This document shows, piece after piece, positions 8,268-17,971 of a stretch of 23,294 nt of DNA. The DNA comes from a virus. Its lineage: Duplodnaviria; Heunggongvirae; Uroviricota; Caudoviricetes. The first letter of the stretch is position 1. Each line of letters opens with the position of its first letter. The stretch lies in IMG/VR virus record IMGVR_UViG_2579778702_000001. The stretch is one strand, 5' to 3'. Both the position numbers and the translations under genes were made by a program. The notes beneath the pieces are model-generated. The model saw only the letters and a program-made list of their open reading frames with translations. It was not told where the DNA came from and did not search any database.

Positions 8268-8939
8268 TCAGCGACCAATCACCACAACCTGACCACCATC
8301 CCCTTCGTCTGCCGTGCTGATCTCCTGAGAAACCACACGTGACCCCACGCGCATTTCACCGTACAGAACAGGCAGAACATTGCCCTGGGCAACCATGTTA
8401 TCCAGTGAGGAGAAATAGGTGTTCTGCTTACCGTTATCCGTTGTCTGTGTACGGGGAGTTCTGGCTTTCGGTGCCAGCATCTGCGCCACACCACCGAGCA
8501 CCATACTGGCACCGAGAGAAAACAGGATGCCGGTCATACCACCGGTCCCAATGGCTGCCCCCCATGCTGCAAGGGTGGCTCCGGCGGTAAAGAATGATCC
8601 GGCAATGGCGGCAGCCCCCAGGACAATCTGGAATACGCCACCTGACTTGGCCCCGGCGACTCTGGGAACAATATGAATCACAGCGCCATCAGGCAGAGTC
8701 TCATGTAACTGCGCCGTTAACCCGGACGTGCTGACGTCCCGCCCGGCAATCCGTACCTGATACCAGCCGTCGCTCAGTTTCTGACGAAACGCCGGGAGCT
8801 GTGTGGCCAGTGCCCGGATGGCTTCAGCCCCCGTTTTCACACGAAGGTCGATGCGGCGACCAAATCGTTGTAAATCCCCGTAAAGGCAGATGCGCGCCAT
8901 GCCCGGTGACGCCAGAGGGAGTGTGTGCGTCGCTGCCAT
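8268..8939 (-). CDS. I: tail tip assembly protein I
   Basis: 223-aa ORF (MAATHTLPLASPGMARICLYGDLQRFGRRIDLRVKTG...), same length as lambda gpI. It overlaps the 3' end of K by 103 nt in another frame, exactly as in lambda. Confidence 0.95.
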   Translation of the reverse strand: MAATHTLPLASPGMARICLYGDLQRFGRRIDLRVKTGAEAIRALATQLPAFRQKLSDGWYQVRIAGRDVSTSGLTAQLHETLPDGAVIHIVPRVAGAKSGGVFQIVLGAAAIAGSFFTAGATLAAWGAAIGTGGMTGILFSLGASMVLGGVAQMLAPKARTPRTQTTDNGKQNTYFSSLDNMVAQGNVLPVLYGEMRVGSRVVSQEISTADEGDGGQVVVIGR

Positions 8940-9580
8940 TTGTCGGTGTACCTCTCTCGTTTGCTCAGTTGTTCAGGAATATGGTGCAGCAGCTCGCCGT
9001 CGCCGCAGTAAATTGCGGCGTGATTCGGCACCGATGAACCAAAACAGCACAGCAGCACATCGCCCGGCTGTGCCGCTGACAACGGCACCTGATACAGCCC
9101 CGTCGCCTCCAGATTATCCAGATAGAGATTCTGGCCGTTACGCCACCAGTCATCCTCACGATGAAAGTCCGGCATCTCAATCCCCGCCAGATGATAAGCA
9201 TCCCGGAACAGTGTGTAACAGTCCGTCACACCGTGCTCAAAGCGCCGCCCGGTGAGATGCGGCACACAGCGGAACTTATGAATCGTCCCCCGGCAGACCA
9301 GCCACCACGGCAAATCACTCTGCCCCTGCAGCCGCCGGTCGGCCTCACTCAGCCAGGGCAGACCACCGGGGTGGCTGTGGACCAGCGCCACAATCTCACC
9401 CTGCATTTCTGCCTGCAGCCAGTCTTCCGGCGACATACGGAAATACGCCTCCGGCTCACCGGAGATATTCACGCAGGGGAAATATCTTTCCCCCTCCGGC
9501 GTGCTTACCACGAAGCCGCACGACTCCGCTGGCGCACATCGCCGGGCGTGCGCCAGAATCGCTGATTCTGTCTGTGTCAT
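8837..9580 (-). CDS. K: tail tip assembly protein K (JAMM/MPN plus NlpC/P60 motifs); the lambda-annotated start corresponds to internal Met49 at 9436
   Basis: The ORF is open for 247 codons from an ATG 5 nt after the L stop. Its last 199 aa equal lambda gpK as annotated (starting MSPEDWLQAEMQGEIV...). A JAMM motif HSHPGGLPWLSEAD (HxHx7Sx2D) and NlpC/P60-like Cys (DCYTLF) and His (NHAAIY) are visible. The internal ATG has a GGAGG Shine-Dalgarno; the upstream ATG has a weak one. Confidence 0.8.
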   Translation of the reverse strand: MTQTESAILAHARRCAPAESCGFVVSTPEGERYFPCVNISGEPEAYFRMSPEDWLQAEMQGEIVALVHSHPGGLPWLSEADRRLQGQSDLPWWLVCRGTIHKFRCVPHLTGRRFEHGVTDCYTLFRDAYHLAGIEMPDFHREDDWWRNGQNLYLDNLEATGLYQVPLSAAQPGDVLLCCFGSSVPNHAAIYCGDGELLHHIPEQLSKRERYTDKWQRRTHSLWRHRAWRASAFTGIYNDLVAASTFV

Positions 9581-9585
9581 GGGAT

Positions 9586-10284
9586 TTACTGCGAAAGTTT
9601 GTTAATGGAAAGGAAGCCGCCAAAGTTGCCGACGTTATTGCGGAACTTACAACCGCTCAGGCATTTGCTGCATTTATCCTTCGTGATATCGGACGTTGGC
9701 TGGTCATATTCATCCGCGACCGCCGGACCGTGATAACCGCACTCGTCACCGCGATAGGTCCAGGTGCAGGTGTTGGCCAGCATGATACGTCCCGGAAAAA
9801 CAGCGCCGTCCGTTTCCGTCGGCGTGGACAGTACAAAAGAGGCACTCACCGCGCTCAGTTCGCTGCACTGCTCAATGCGCCAGCGGCTGATCACCTCCTG
9901 CTCCGGATCGGCGTCACTGTTTCCGTTGACGAAGTTCACCGCATCCAGAAAACGGGCGTAAACCTTACGCCAGACCACCGTTCCGCCGACCAGACTCTGC
10001 ATATCTTCCGCCATCCCGGTGACCATACCGTACAGGTTAGAAACCGTCAGCGTGGGGCGCGTACTGGTGCCTTTGCCATTCAGTTCAAAACCACTCCCCT
10101 GAATGGGATACGGCTGATACTGTCGCCCCTGCCAGGTGACCGGCTCACCTTTTTCGTTCTGCTCATTACAGAAAAAATAACGTTCTCCACCGACCTCTGT
10201 CAGATCGATTTCCCAGAGCACCACGCTGGCCGACTGCTCCGCACGGGTGCATTCATTCAGTGTTTCCTGCCGGATATCCTGCAT
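9586..10284 (-). CDS. L: tail tip protein L
   Basis: 232-aa ORF (MQDIRQETLNECTRAEQSASVVLWEIDLTEVGGERYFFCNEQ...), full-length match to lambda gpL including the C-terminal Cys-rich KDKCSKCLSGCKF. Confidence 0.95.
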   Translation of the reverse strand: MQDIRQETLNECTRAEQSASVVLWEIDLTEVGGERYFFCNEQNEKGEPVTWQGRQYQPYPIQGSGFELNGKGTSTRPTLTVSNLYGMVTGMAEDMQSLVGGTVVWRKVYARFLDAVNFVNGNSDADPEQEVISRWRIEQCSELSAVSASFVLSTPTETDGAVFPGRIMLANTCTWTYRGDECGYHGPAVADEYDQPTSDITKDKCSKCLSGCKFRNNVGNFGGFLSINKLSQ

Positions 10285-10613
10285 CAGTTCACCACCTGTT
10301 CAAACTCTGCGCTGAACTCAACACGCAGCATACTGACCCGCGACGACCATTTTGCGCAGGTCACCTTTATCTGCCGCCACTCATAAGGCGGCGTCCACAG
10401 AAAGGATTTCCAGCCCCCGTGCTCAGCCAGAAACGACTCAAGCGCCGTGGCCTCCCAACGGGGAACAGAAAGCGTCACGCTGTACGTTTTCAGGTCGGCA
10501 TTCAGCCCGGCAGGCGCTCGCTGGGAATAGCCATCACCAAAGCGCACCTTTCTTACGGAAGGGGCCGAAGCCACATCCATACCGGGTTTCACTTTCCAGC
10601 GGAAGGTTTTCAT
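10284..10613 (-). CDS. M: tail tip protein M
   Basis: 109-aa ORF (MKTFRWKVKPGMDVAS...), same length as lambda gpM; overlaps the H stop and abuts the L start. Confidence 0.95.
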   Translation of the reverse strand: MKTFRWKVKPGMDVASAPSVRKVRFGDGYSQRAPAGLNADLKTYSVTLSVPRWEATALESFLAEHGGWKSFLWTPPYEWRQIKVTCAKWSSRVSMLRVEFSAEFEQVVN

Positions 10614-13171
10614 CGTCCACCTCCGGAGAACAGACCACCATCGCGCATCTGCCCGGTCACAACATCCATTGCCGCCTTACGGGCTACGTCATAAACAGCC
10701 TTCAGTGCCTGTGGCCCTATCTGACCGTTCGTGCCGTCGTTGTTAATCACCACATGGTTATTCTGCTCAAACGTCCCGGACGCCTGCGACCGGCTGTCTG
10801 CCATGCTGCCCGGTGTACCGACATAACCGCCGGTGGCATAGCCGCGCATCAGCCGGTAAAGATTTCCCACGCCAATCCGGCTGGTTGCCTCCTTCGTGAA
10901 GACAAATTCACCACGGTGAACAATCCCCGCTGGCTCATATTTGCCGCCGGTTCCCGTAAATCCCCCGGTCGCAAAATGGAATTTCGCCGCAGCTGCCTGA
11001 ATGGCTGTACCGCCTGACGCTGATGCGCCGCCACCGGTAGCCCCGCCAATAGCGCTGCCGATACTCCCGACAATCCCCACCATTGCCTGCTTAAGCAGAA
11101 TTTCTGTCATCATAGACAGCACGGAACGGGTGAAGCTGCGCCAGTTCTGTTCACTGCCGGTCAGCATCGCCGCCATATTCTGCGCAATACCATCAAAGGT
11201 CTGCGTGGCAGCACTTTTAACCTGCGACATACTGTCCGTGGCGCTCTCTTTCCACTCGCTCCAGCCGGACCTGAGGCCTGCCATCCAGTTCCCGCGAAGC
11301 TGGTCTTCAGCCGCCCAGGTCTTTTTCTGCTCTGACATGACGTTATTCAGCGCCAGAGGATTATCGCCATACTGTTCCTTCAGGCGCTGTTCCGTGGCTT
11401 CCCGTTCTGCCTGCCGGTCAGTCAGCCCCCGGCTTTTCGCATCAATGGCGGCCCGTTTTGCCCGTTGCTGCTGTGCGAATTTATCCGCCTGCTGCGCCAG
11501 CGCGTTCAGGCGCTCCTGATACGTAACCTTGTCGCCAAGTGCAGCCAGCTGGCGTTTGTACTCCAGCGTCTCATCTTTATGCGCCAGCAGGGATTTCTCC
11601 TGTGCAGACAGCTGGCGACGTTGCGCCGCCTCCTCCAGTACCGCGAACTGACTCTCCGCCTTCCACAAATCCCGGCGCTGCTGGCTGATTTTCTCATTTG
11701 CTCCGGCATGCTTCTCCAGCGTCCGGAGTTCAGCCTGAAGCGTCAGCAGGGCAGCATGAGCATTGTCTTCCTGACGATCGCCCGTAGACACCTTCACGCC
11801 GGACTGTTTCGGCTTTTTCAGCGTCGCTTCATAGTCCTTTTTCGCCGCCGCCATCAGCGTGTTGTAATCCGCCTGCAGGATTTTCCCGTCCTTCAGTGCC
11901 TTGTTCAGTTCTTCCTGACGGGCGGTATATTTCTCCAGCGGCGTCTGCAGCCGTTCGTAAGCCTTCTGCGCCTCTTCGGTATATTTCAGCCGTGACGCTT
12001 CGATATCGCTCTGCTGCTGCGCATTTTTGTCCTGTTGAGTCTGCTGCTCAGCCTTCTTTCGGGCGGCTTCAAGCGCAAGACGGGCCTTTTCACGATCATC
12101 CCAGTAACGCGCCCGCGCTTCATCGTTAACAAAATAATCATCCTTGCGCAGATTCCAGATGTCGTCTGCTTTCTTAAACGCAGCCTCTGCCTTAATCAGC
12201 ATCTCCTGCGCGGTATCAGGACGACCAATATCCAGCACCGCATCCCACATGGATTTGAATGCCCGCGCTGTCCTGTCTGCCCAGGTCTCCAGCGTACCCA
12301 TGTTCTCTTTCAGGCGGCGGGTCTGGTCATCAAACCCTTTCGTTGCGGCCTCGTTCGCCGCCTGCAATGCCCCGGCTTCATCGCCGGAACGCTGCAACTG
12401 AGCAACATACGCAATCTGCTCCGCCGTCACGTTATGGAACTGGCGTGCCATCGCTGTCAGCCCCGATGTCGGGTCTGTGGTCAGCTTCCCGAAGGCTTCA
12501 GCGACCTTGTCCACCTCCACGCCGGATGCAGAGGAGAAACGCGCCACACTCTGGCTGATGGACGCAATCTGAGCCTCACCGCTTACTCCCGCCTTAACCA
12601 GTGCGCTGAGTGACTCGCTGGTCTGGTTAAACGTCAGCCCTGCCGCCTGCCCGGCTCTGGACAGGACCAGCATACGATCTGCCGTCAGTCCCGCCTGATT
12701 GCCGGAAAGGACCAGCGTTTTGTTGAAATCGGACAGGGTTGAGTTGCCCTGATACCAGGCATACGCCAGCGCACCGGTCGCCACCGCCAGCGAGGTGGCC
12801 CCCACCATCGGCAGGGTGATCGCACCGGCAAGCCCCCTGAACATGGGGATCATCCCGCCGAAGGAGTCCTTCACCTGCCCCCCCTGTTGCAGCAGGATCA
12901 GCCACGGACTTTGCCCGCCTGCAAGCTGCGTGGCCACGTCGGTGAACTGTGCAGGCAGCATACGCATGGCGGCTTTATACTGCCCGACGGAAATCCCCGC
13001 TTTCTGTGCAGCCAGCGCCTGTCGGCTCAGCGACTGTTCAACGACTGCCGCTGTTTTTTTCGCATCACTTTCCGTACCGGAAAAATGACGCCTGACTCTG
13101 GCCATCTGCTCGTCAAATCTGGCCGCATCCAGACTCAAATCAACGACCAGATCGCCTACCGGTTCAGCCAT
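10610..13171 (-). CDS. H: tail tape measure protein H
   Basis: 853-aa ORF (MAEPVGDLVVDLSLDAARFDEQMARVRRHF...), same length as and collinear with lambda gpH; Gly-rich C-terminal region present. Confidence 0.96.
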   Translation of the reverse strand: MAEPVGDLVVDLSLDAARFDEQMARVRRHFSGTESDAKKTAAVVEQSLSRQALAAQKAGISVGQYKAAMRMLPAQFTDVATQLAGGQSPWLILLQQGGQVKDSFGGMIPMFRGLAGAITLPMVGATSLAVATGALAYAWYQGNSTLSDFNKTLVLSGNQAGLTADRMLVLSRAGQAAGLTFNQTSESLSALVKAGVSGEAQIASISQSVARFSSASGVEVDKVAEAFGKLTTDPTSGLTAMARQFHNVTAEQIAYVAQLQRSGDEAGALQAANEAATKGFDDQTRRLKENMGTLETWADRTARAFKSMWDAVLDIGRPDTAQEMLIKAEAAFKKADDIWNLRKDDYFVNDEARARYWDDREKARLALEAARKKAEQQTQQDKNAQQQSDIEASRLKYTEEAQKAYERLQTPLEKYTARQEELNKALKDGKILQADYNTLMAAAKKDYEATLKKPKQSGVKVSTGDRQEDNAHAALLTLQAELRTLEKHAGANEKISQQRRDLWKAESQFAVLEEAAQRRQLSAQEKSLLAHKDETLEYKRQLAALGDKVTYQERLNALAQQADKFAQQQRAKRAAIDAKSRGLTDRQAEREATEQRLKEQYGDNPLALNNVMSEQKKTWAAEDQLRGNWMAGLRSGWSEWKESATDSMSQVKSAATQTFDGIAQNMAAMLTGSEQNWRSFTRSVLSMMTEILLKQAMVGIVGSIGSAIGGATGGGASASGGTAIQAAAAKFHFATGGFTGTGGKYEPAGIVHRGEFVFTKEATSRIGVGNLYRLMRGYATGGYVGTPGSMADSRSQASGTFEQNNHVVINNDGTNGQIGPQALKAVYDVARKAAMDVVTGQMRDGGLFSGGGR

Positions 13172-13598
13172 ACCGGACTCCTCCTGCGATCCCTTCTGAT
13201 ACTGTCATCAGCATTACGTCATCCTCCGTCATGTCCGCCACATCCGGGGAGGCGGGGATAACTTCATTCCCGTCCGGACCAAAACGAACACCTCCGGCAA
13301 GCCCTGCCGCTTTCTGCATCAGCACATCACCTTCAGGCTCTTCGTCAGCCTCACACCGGTTCAGCAGACTGAAATCCAGCGGATGCATATCCGGATCGCT
13401 GAAAAACAGGCTGAGCACGGTGTACGTCAGCCCGGAAAAGTGCATATCCAGCAGAACATCATGAAAATAATGGGTACTGTAAAAGCGGTGCCAGTCGGCA
13501 TACTCCGTGGATGACATCCCGGCAAGCATGGCGCGCCAATCGGGTCGCCCCATCTCACGCGCCAGTTTCAGGGCAAAACTCAGCTCACCGTCGAACAC
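13164..13598 (-). CDS. T: T reading frame of the tail assembly chaperone, expressed as a G-T fusion by -1 frameshifting
   Basis: 144-codon frame (..FDGELSFALKLAREMGRPDWRAM...) equal to lambda gpT. Its first codon is GTG and sits directly on the slippery heptamer; it overlaps the 3' end of G in the -1 frame. Confidence 0.85.
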   Translation of the reverse strand: MFDGELSFALKLAREMGRPDWRAMLAGMSSTEYADWHRFYSTHYFHDVLLDMHFSGLTYTVLSLFFSDPDMHPLDFSLLNRCEADEEPEGDVLMQKAAGLAGGVRFGPDGNEVIPASPDVADMTEDDVMLMTVSEGIAGGVRYG

Positions 13599-14002
13599 TT
13601 TCCCGCAGAAACAGGCTCTGCAGGCCCGGCGTCCTCTGCCTGTTCGGGGGCATTATTCACCACAAACTCATACATACCGGACAGCCGGTACACCACGTTT
13701 TCAGCATGAGAAATTGCCTCTGTGGGCCAGGTGGTAAGCACTTCCTGCTCAATCTGTTTAACGGCTTCATTCATGGACGGCATCTGCGTCTTCTTCGGAT
13801 GGTTATGCCACAGGGACATCGCCACCAGAAACGCGCCGGTTCTGATGACGTCTTCCACAGTAACCTGCCGGTTGCTGTCGGATCCCGCCGGTTCTGCCTG
13901 CCGTTTCATCAGAGCAAGATGCTCAATACGCTGCAGGGCTGACAGTTCAGAAAGCGTGACGGTCACGCCGTTATATTCAAATGATTCGGTTTTCAGGAAC
14001 AT
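13580..14002 (-). CDS. G: tail assembly chaperone G
   Basis: 140-aa ORF (MFLKTESFEYNGVTVTLSELSALQRIEHLALMKRQ...), equal in length to lambda gpG; its 3' end carries the slippery site. Confidence 0.95.
   Translation of the reverse strand: MFLKTESFEYNGVTVTLSELSALQRIEHLALMKRQAEPAGSDSNRQVTVEDVIRTGAFLVAMSLWHNHPKKTQMPSMNEAVKQIEQEVLTTWPTEAISHAENVVYRLSGMYEFVVNNAPEQAEDAGPAEPVSAGKCSTVS
13598..13604 (-). other. programmed -1 ribosomal frameshift site (slippery heptamer G GGA AAG) for the G-T fusion
   Basis: Minus strand reads GCG GGA AAG TGT TCG ACG GTG AGC TGA in the G frame (AGKCSTVS*). Shifting -1 on GGGAAAG gives GGG AAA GTG TTC GAC GGT GAG CTG (GKVFDGEL...), which is the T frame. Confidence 0.8.
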
Positions 14003-14017
14003 CGCTGACTCTCCGGA

Positions 14018-14758
14018 TTAACTGGCGGTGACGGTGATTTCTGCAACCGCAGCAAACTCACCATTACCGGATACAACCGGAATGTTGACCTTGCCTGCAG
14101 CAACACCGTTCACGGTGATGGTCATACCACTGACCGACACGGTGGCTTTTGTTTTATCCGCAGACACCGCACGGAAGCTCTTGTCGGTTGCGCCCTCCGG
14201 CTGGAATGCCACGGTCAGCGTGGTGCTCTGCCCTTTCACTACGGAAGCACTGGCGGGTGTCACCGTCATGCCGGTTGTCGCCGTCACCGTGCTGCGATCT
14301 TCTGCCATCGACGGACGTCCCACATTGGTGACCTTCACCGTGCGGGTAATCACTTCCTTCGCCGTTACCGCCTTACCGATACTGCTGACCCAGCCACGGA
14401 ACACATCGACCGTGCCGTTCGGGAAGCGGATTTTATAGGCACGGGTATCCCCTTCATTAAACCACGCCAGCAGCGCCTGCTGCCCCTGCTCTCCGGGCAT
14501 CCACGCCAGCGTGAAGCTGGTATCTCCGGCAGATTTCTGCCCCTGCCCGGTCGCAGTCCAGTCCGCATCTTCATCATCGAGATAGCTGTCGTCATAGGAC
14601 TCAGCGGTCAGTTCGCCGGGCGTCAGGTCTTTAACTTTAGCCAGACGCGACCAGTCAACGTCTGAAAGCGGGTTCGCATAAGGGTCACCGTTCCCCTTAT
14701 AAACCCACAGTGTGGTCCCGGCCCCTTTCACCGGCATTACTGGATTTGGTGTTGGCAT
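14018..14758 (-). CDS. V: major tail tube protein V
   Basis: 246 aa from the ATG at 14758 ([22 protein letters not shown]...), matching the length of lambda gpV, with a GAGGA Shine-Dalgarno. The track ORF extends 10 codons further upstream to 14788; I rejected that extension. Confidence 0.92.
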   Translation of the reverse strand: MPTPNPVMPVKGAGTTLWVYKGNGDPYANPLSDVDWSRLAKVKDLTPGELTAESYDDSYLDDEDADWTATGQGQKSAGDTSFTLAWMPGEQGQQALLAWFNEGDTRAYKIRFPNGTVDVFRGWVSSIGKAVTAKEVITRTVKVTNVGRPSMAEDRSTVTATTGMTVTPASASVVKGQSTTLTVAFQPEGATDKSFRAVSADKTKATVSVSGMTITVNGVAAGKVNIPVVSGNGEFAAVAEITVTAS

Positions 14759-14765
14759 ATCGTCC

Positions 14766-15161
14766 TCACATTTCATAGGTAATGACATAAGTCAGATCGG
14801 CTGAACTCCACAGGCCCGCATCATCGTCGCGCCGGTAGTCATAGCCACTGGCCACCATACTGGTGATCAAATCTGACAGTGCCGGGATATCGCTCATCAC
14901 CGGATAAATCCGGGACTCCATCCACGCATCCAGCTCTGAATCCGGCACCTGAGCAGGCAGGAAAACTTCAATATGCAGCTCCGCCTGCCAGGTATCGCTG
15001 TCCAGCTCTTCGCCCGTGTATTCAGCGCCGGTGAGATAAACGGCAATTGCCGGAAAATCCGCCTCATCAAAAACAGCGGGGCGACCATCAAAAAGCGTCG
15101 CCCCGGTGTCATGCTTCTCCAGTGCATCCAGTACGGCTGCACGGAGTTCAGTATGTTTCAT
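14766..15161 (-). CDS. U: tail terminator protein U
   Basis: 131-aa ORF ([37 protein letters not shown]...), full-length match to lambda gpU. Confidence 0.95.
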   Translation of the reverse strand: MKHTELRAAVLDALEKHDTGATLFDGRPAVFDEADFPAIAVYLTGAEYTGEELDSDTWQAELHIEVFLPAQVPDSELDAWMESRIYPVMSDIPALSDLITSMVASGYDYRRDDDAGLWSSADLTYVITYEM

Positions 15162-15736
15162 CGCTTTATTACCATTCTCAGTTGATGCTGCAGCGCATAG
15201 CCCAGCTCTTTCGGAAGACGTTCACGCCGTATCCGTTCAATATTCTGTTTAAACGCCGTGGTCAGCGGCACCGCCATCGGGATTTTCACCACATCAATGG
15301 GGTAACGGTTTTTCCCGGCCACACGCTGCATGACATGCCACCGGCCATTTTTCAGTTGCTGAATAAACGCGCCGGGAATACGACGGTTACCCACCACAAG
15401 CACGCTGCCGCCACCTTTCAGGGATGAACGCTGCCCCTTATTACGACGCCTGCGTCGGGACAGGACAACCCGCGCATTACCCAGCTTGATTACGGGCAAA
15501 TCCCCCCGGTTAACCTTGATTCTGGCCTGCGGATTTTTGACCGTGGCCCTTTTCAGCCTGGCCCTTTCCTTTACCAGTTTCCGGCGTACCTTTGTCTCAC
15601 GGGCAACCTGTGACGCAGACTGCGATATCGCGGATGAAGCAACGCGGTTAATGGCCATTGCGGAGGCACCGGGCACCGCCGTTTTGCTGATACGGCTGAG
15701 GTTTTCAACGGCCTGCTCAAGACCTTTTATGGCCAT
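15158..15736 (-). CDS. Z: tail completion protein Z
   Basis: 192-aa ORF (MAIKGLEQAVENLSRISKTAVPG...), same length as lambda gpZ; 4-nt overlap with the U start. Confidence 0.95.
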   Translation of the reverse strand: MAIKGLEQAVENLSRISKTAVPGASAMAINRVASSAISQSASQVARETKVRRKLVKERARLKRATVKNPQARIKVNRGDLPVIKLGNARVVLSRRRRRNKGQRSSLKGGGSVLVVGNRRIPGAFIQQLKNGRWHVMQRVAGKNRYPIDVVKIPMAVPLTTAFKQNIERIRRERLPKELGYALQHQLRMVIKR

Positions 15737-15747
15737 ACATCCCCCTT

Positions 15748-16101
15748 TCAGCGGCGACGGTTAACGGCAGGCGGTACGCCCCGACCAAGCCAGAGATGAC
15801 AGCTTCCGCCATCATCCGGCGAAATCCGGTCTATCCAGAAATTTTCCTCACCGATGGTCAGCGTGTCGCCGCGCCGCAGCTGCCGCACATCATCAGTCCG
15901 GACAAACAGGGACGGGCTGGAGCCTTCAACGCGCACGCCCTGTCCGGCATAGCTGATATTTTCAGGGTCATCAAAAACACCACGTATCACAGCACCGGAC
16001 TGCTCACCGGATGTCATGGTGGCTGACGTTCCCATGTACCCGCGTATCGTTTCATCGGCGCAGGCAATGGCAGCATCGAACAGGTTATCGAAATCAGCCA
16101 C
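15748..16101 (-). CDS. FII: head-tail joining protein FII
   Basis: 117-aa ORF (MADFDNLFDAAIACADETIRGYMG...), same length as lambda gpFII. Confidence 0.95.
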   Translation of the reverse strand: MADFDNLFDAAIACADETIRGYMGTSATMTSGEQSGAVIRGVFDDPENISYAGQGVRVEGSSPSLFVRTDDVRQLRRGDTLTIGEENFWIDRISPDDGGSCHLWLGRGVPPAVNRRR

Positions 16102-16112
16102 AGCGCCTCCCG

Positions 16113-16508
16113 TTATTGCATTCTGGCCAGGCCGCGCTCTGTCATTTCAGCTGCCACACCGGCAGAGACACGGAACGCCGTTCCCGGCAGCACAAATGCC
16201 ACAGCCTCATCCCGCGTGGCGTGAAGTGCATCAGTATGCAGCGTCACCAGTGCCACAACCGTGACCAGATCAGCCGTATCAGTCACGGTATCCGGCTGCG
16301 CTGATACAACCTCATTTTCATGTCCGGTCAGCACATTTTCCGGGCTGAGAGGGGTATCCTGATCGGCAGTGTCGCCCGTGTCATCAAGCTCTTCTTCCAG
16401 CTCTGCCACACGGAGCGCCAGTTCTTCTTTCGTCCCCGTCAGGCTGACATCACGGTTCAGTTGCTCACCCAGCGAGCGGAGACGGGCAATCAGCTCATCT
16501 TTCGTCAT
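16113..16508 (-). CDS. FI: DNA-packaging accessory protein FI
   Basis: 131 aa from the ATG at 16508 (MTKDELIARLRSLGEQLNRDVSLTGTKEELALRVAEL...), preceded by a GGAGGAG Shine-Dalgarno. Matches lambda gpFI (132 aa), one residue shorter. The track ORF's 13-codon upstream extension was rejected. Confidence 0.92.
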   Translation of the reverse strand: MTKDELIARLRSLGEQLNRDVSLTGTKEELALRVAELEEELDDTGDTADQDTPLSPENVLTGHENEVVSAQPDTVTDTADLVTVVALVTLHTDALHATRDEAVAFVLPGTAFRVSAGVAAEMTERGLARMQ

Positions 16509-16549
16509 GGACTCCTCCACAGAGAAACAATGGCCCCGAAGGGCCATGA

Positions 16550-17575
16550 TTACGCCAGTTGAACGGACACGAACTCATCAGGATCAGCCAGCAGCATCAG
16601 CGGTGCTGACTGAATCATGGTGAACTCACGCGCCGGATCGCCGGTGGTCACCCAGTTTTTCGGGTAGCGGGCAGAGGCGTTAATGCCTTCGCTCTGTGCG
16701 TCCGCATCCTGAATGCAGCCATAGGTGCGCAGACCGCGTGCATGAGTGTTACCCAGCACCATCGTGTTGTCCGGCAGGAAGTTCTTTTTGACGCCGTTTT
16801 CCACGTACTGTCCGGAATACACGACGATGGCCACATCGCCATACATCCCCTTGTAGGACACCGCTTTACCCAGGTCTTTCACCGCTGTCTCCAGCTCGGA
16901 ATTAGAGCCGCGACGGGTATCCAGCTTCTCCCTGACGGCCTTGAAGGAACGGAACAGCGCCCAGCCTTTCGGATCAAACACGATGATATTCACCACGCCG
17001 CTGGCGTTCAGCGCGTAGGCTTCGATATCGTCTGTCGGGTCATACGTGGACTTGTCACGCTTGCTCCACTCCGTGCCGCCGGACTGCGTGATGTTGTTCG
17101 CCGCACTGCGGCCCATATCCACCTCAACCGGATCGAAGGCTTCCCCGGTCATGGTGTATTTGCCCTTGAGCACGGCAGAAACGGCCTGCATCTCTTCCAC
17201 CTGGGCAATGGCCAGCTCTTCGTCACGCATGTTCTGCATGATGATGCGACGGCGGCGGTAAGCCGGGTCCGCCAGATTCTGTGGATCTTCATCCGGCAGG
17301 CGACGCAGGGTCATCTGCGGATTCACCTCATGCTTCGGCTTGACATATCCCGGCGTAAATTCAGAGGTGGAGCCGCCACGGGAACGGATAACCTCACCGG
17401 AAACAATCGGCGAAACGTACAGCGCCATGTTTACCAGTCCCGGAATTTGTGAGAGATAGACTTTCTCCGTGGTGAAGGGATAGCTCTCACGGAAAAAGAG
17501 ACGCAGAAACAGCGGATCAAACTTAAATTTCTGCTCATTTGCCGCCAGCAGCTGGGCGGTTGTGTACATCGACAT
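16550..17575 (-). CDS. E: major capsid protein E
   Basis: 341 aa from the ATG at 17575 (MSMYTTAQLLAANEQKFKFDPLFLRLFFRESYPFTTEK...), same length as lambda gpE with only scattered substitutions. Confidence 0.95.
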   Translation of the reverse strand: MSMYTTAQLLAANEQKFKFDPLFLRLFFRESYPFTTEKVYLSQIPGLVNMALYVSPIVSGEVIRSRGGSTSEFTPGYVKPKHEVNPQMTLRRLPDEDPQNLADPAYRRRRIIMQNMRDEELAIAQVEEMQAVSAVLKGKYTMTGEAFDPVEVDMGRSAANNITQSGGTEWSKRDKSTYDPTDDIEAYALNASGVVNIIVFDPKGWALFRSFKAVREKLDTRRGSNSELETAVKDLGKAVSYKGMYGDVAIVVYSGQYVENGVKKNFLPDNTMVLGNTHARGLRTYGCIQDADAQSEGINASARYPKNWVTTGDPAREFTMIQSAPLMLLADPDEFVSVQLA

Positions 17576-17629
17576 AAAAAAATCCCGTAAAAAAAGCCGC
17601 ACAGGCGGCCTTTAGTGATGAGGGTAAGG

Positions 17630-17962
17630 TTAAACGATGCTGATTGCCGTTCCGGCAAACGCGGTCCGTTTTTTCGTCTCGTCGCTGGCAGCCTCCGGCC
17701 AGAGCACATCCTCATAACGGAACGTGCCGGACTTGTAGAACGTCAGCGTGGTGCTGGTCTGGTCAGCAGCAACCGCAAGAATGCCAACGGCAGCACCGTC
17801 GGTGGTGCCATCCCACGCAACCAGCTTACGGGTGGAGGTATCCGGCATCAGCGGGGTCATTGCAGGCGCTTTCGCACTCAATCCGCCGGGCGCGGTTGCC
17901 GCATGTGCCGGGTCACTGCCGCCCAGCGGCTGGTAATGAGTAAAGGTTTCTTTGCTCGTCAT
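17630..17962 (-). CDS. D: capsid decoration protein D
   Basis: 110 aa from the ATG at 17962 ([33 protein letters not shown]...), same length as lambda gpD and 10 nt after the C stop, as in lambda. The track ORF starts 2 codons earlier (MFM...). Confidence 0.92.
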   Translation of the reverse strand: MTSKETFTHYQPLGGSDPAHAATAPGGLSAKAPAMTPLMPDTSTRKLVAWDGTTDGAAVGILAVAADQTSTTLTFYKSGTFRYEDVLWPEAASDETKKRTAFAGTAISIV

Positions 17963-17971
17963 AAACATCCC

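Noticed and set aside
9574-13088. Plus-strand ORFs antisense to L, M and H (for example 9574-10386, 10352-11017, 11465-11995, 12035-12613)
   Set aside because: These sit inside strongly supported minus-strand structural genes, have low-complexity translations and no start context; the tight lambda synteny leaves no room for extra genes.
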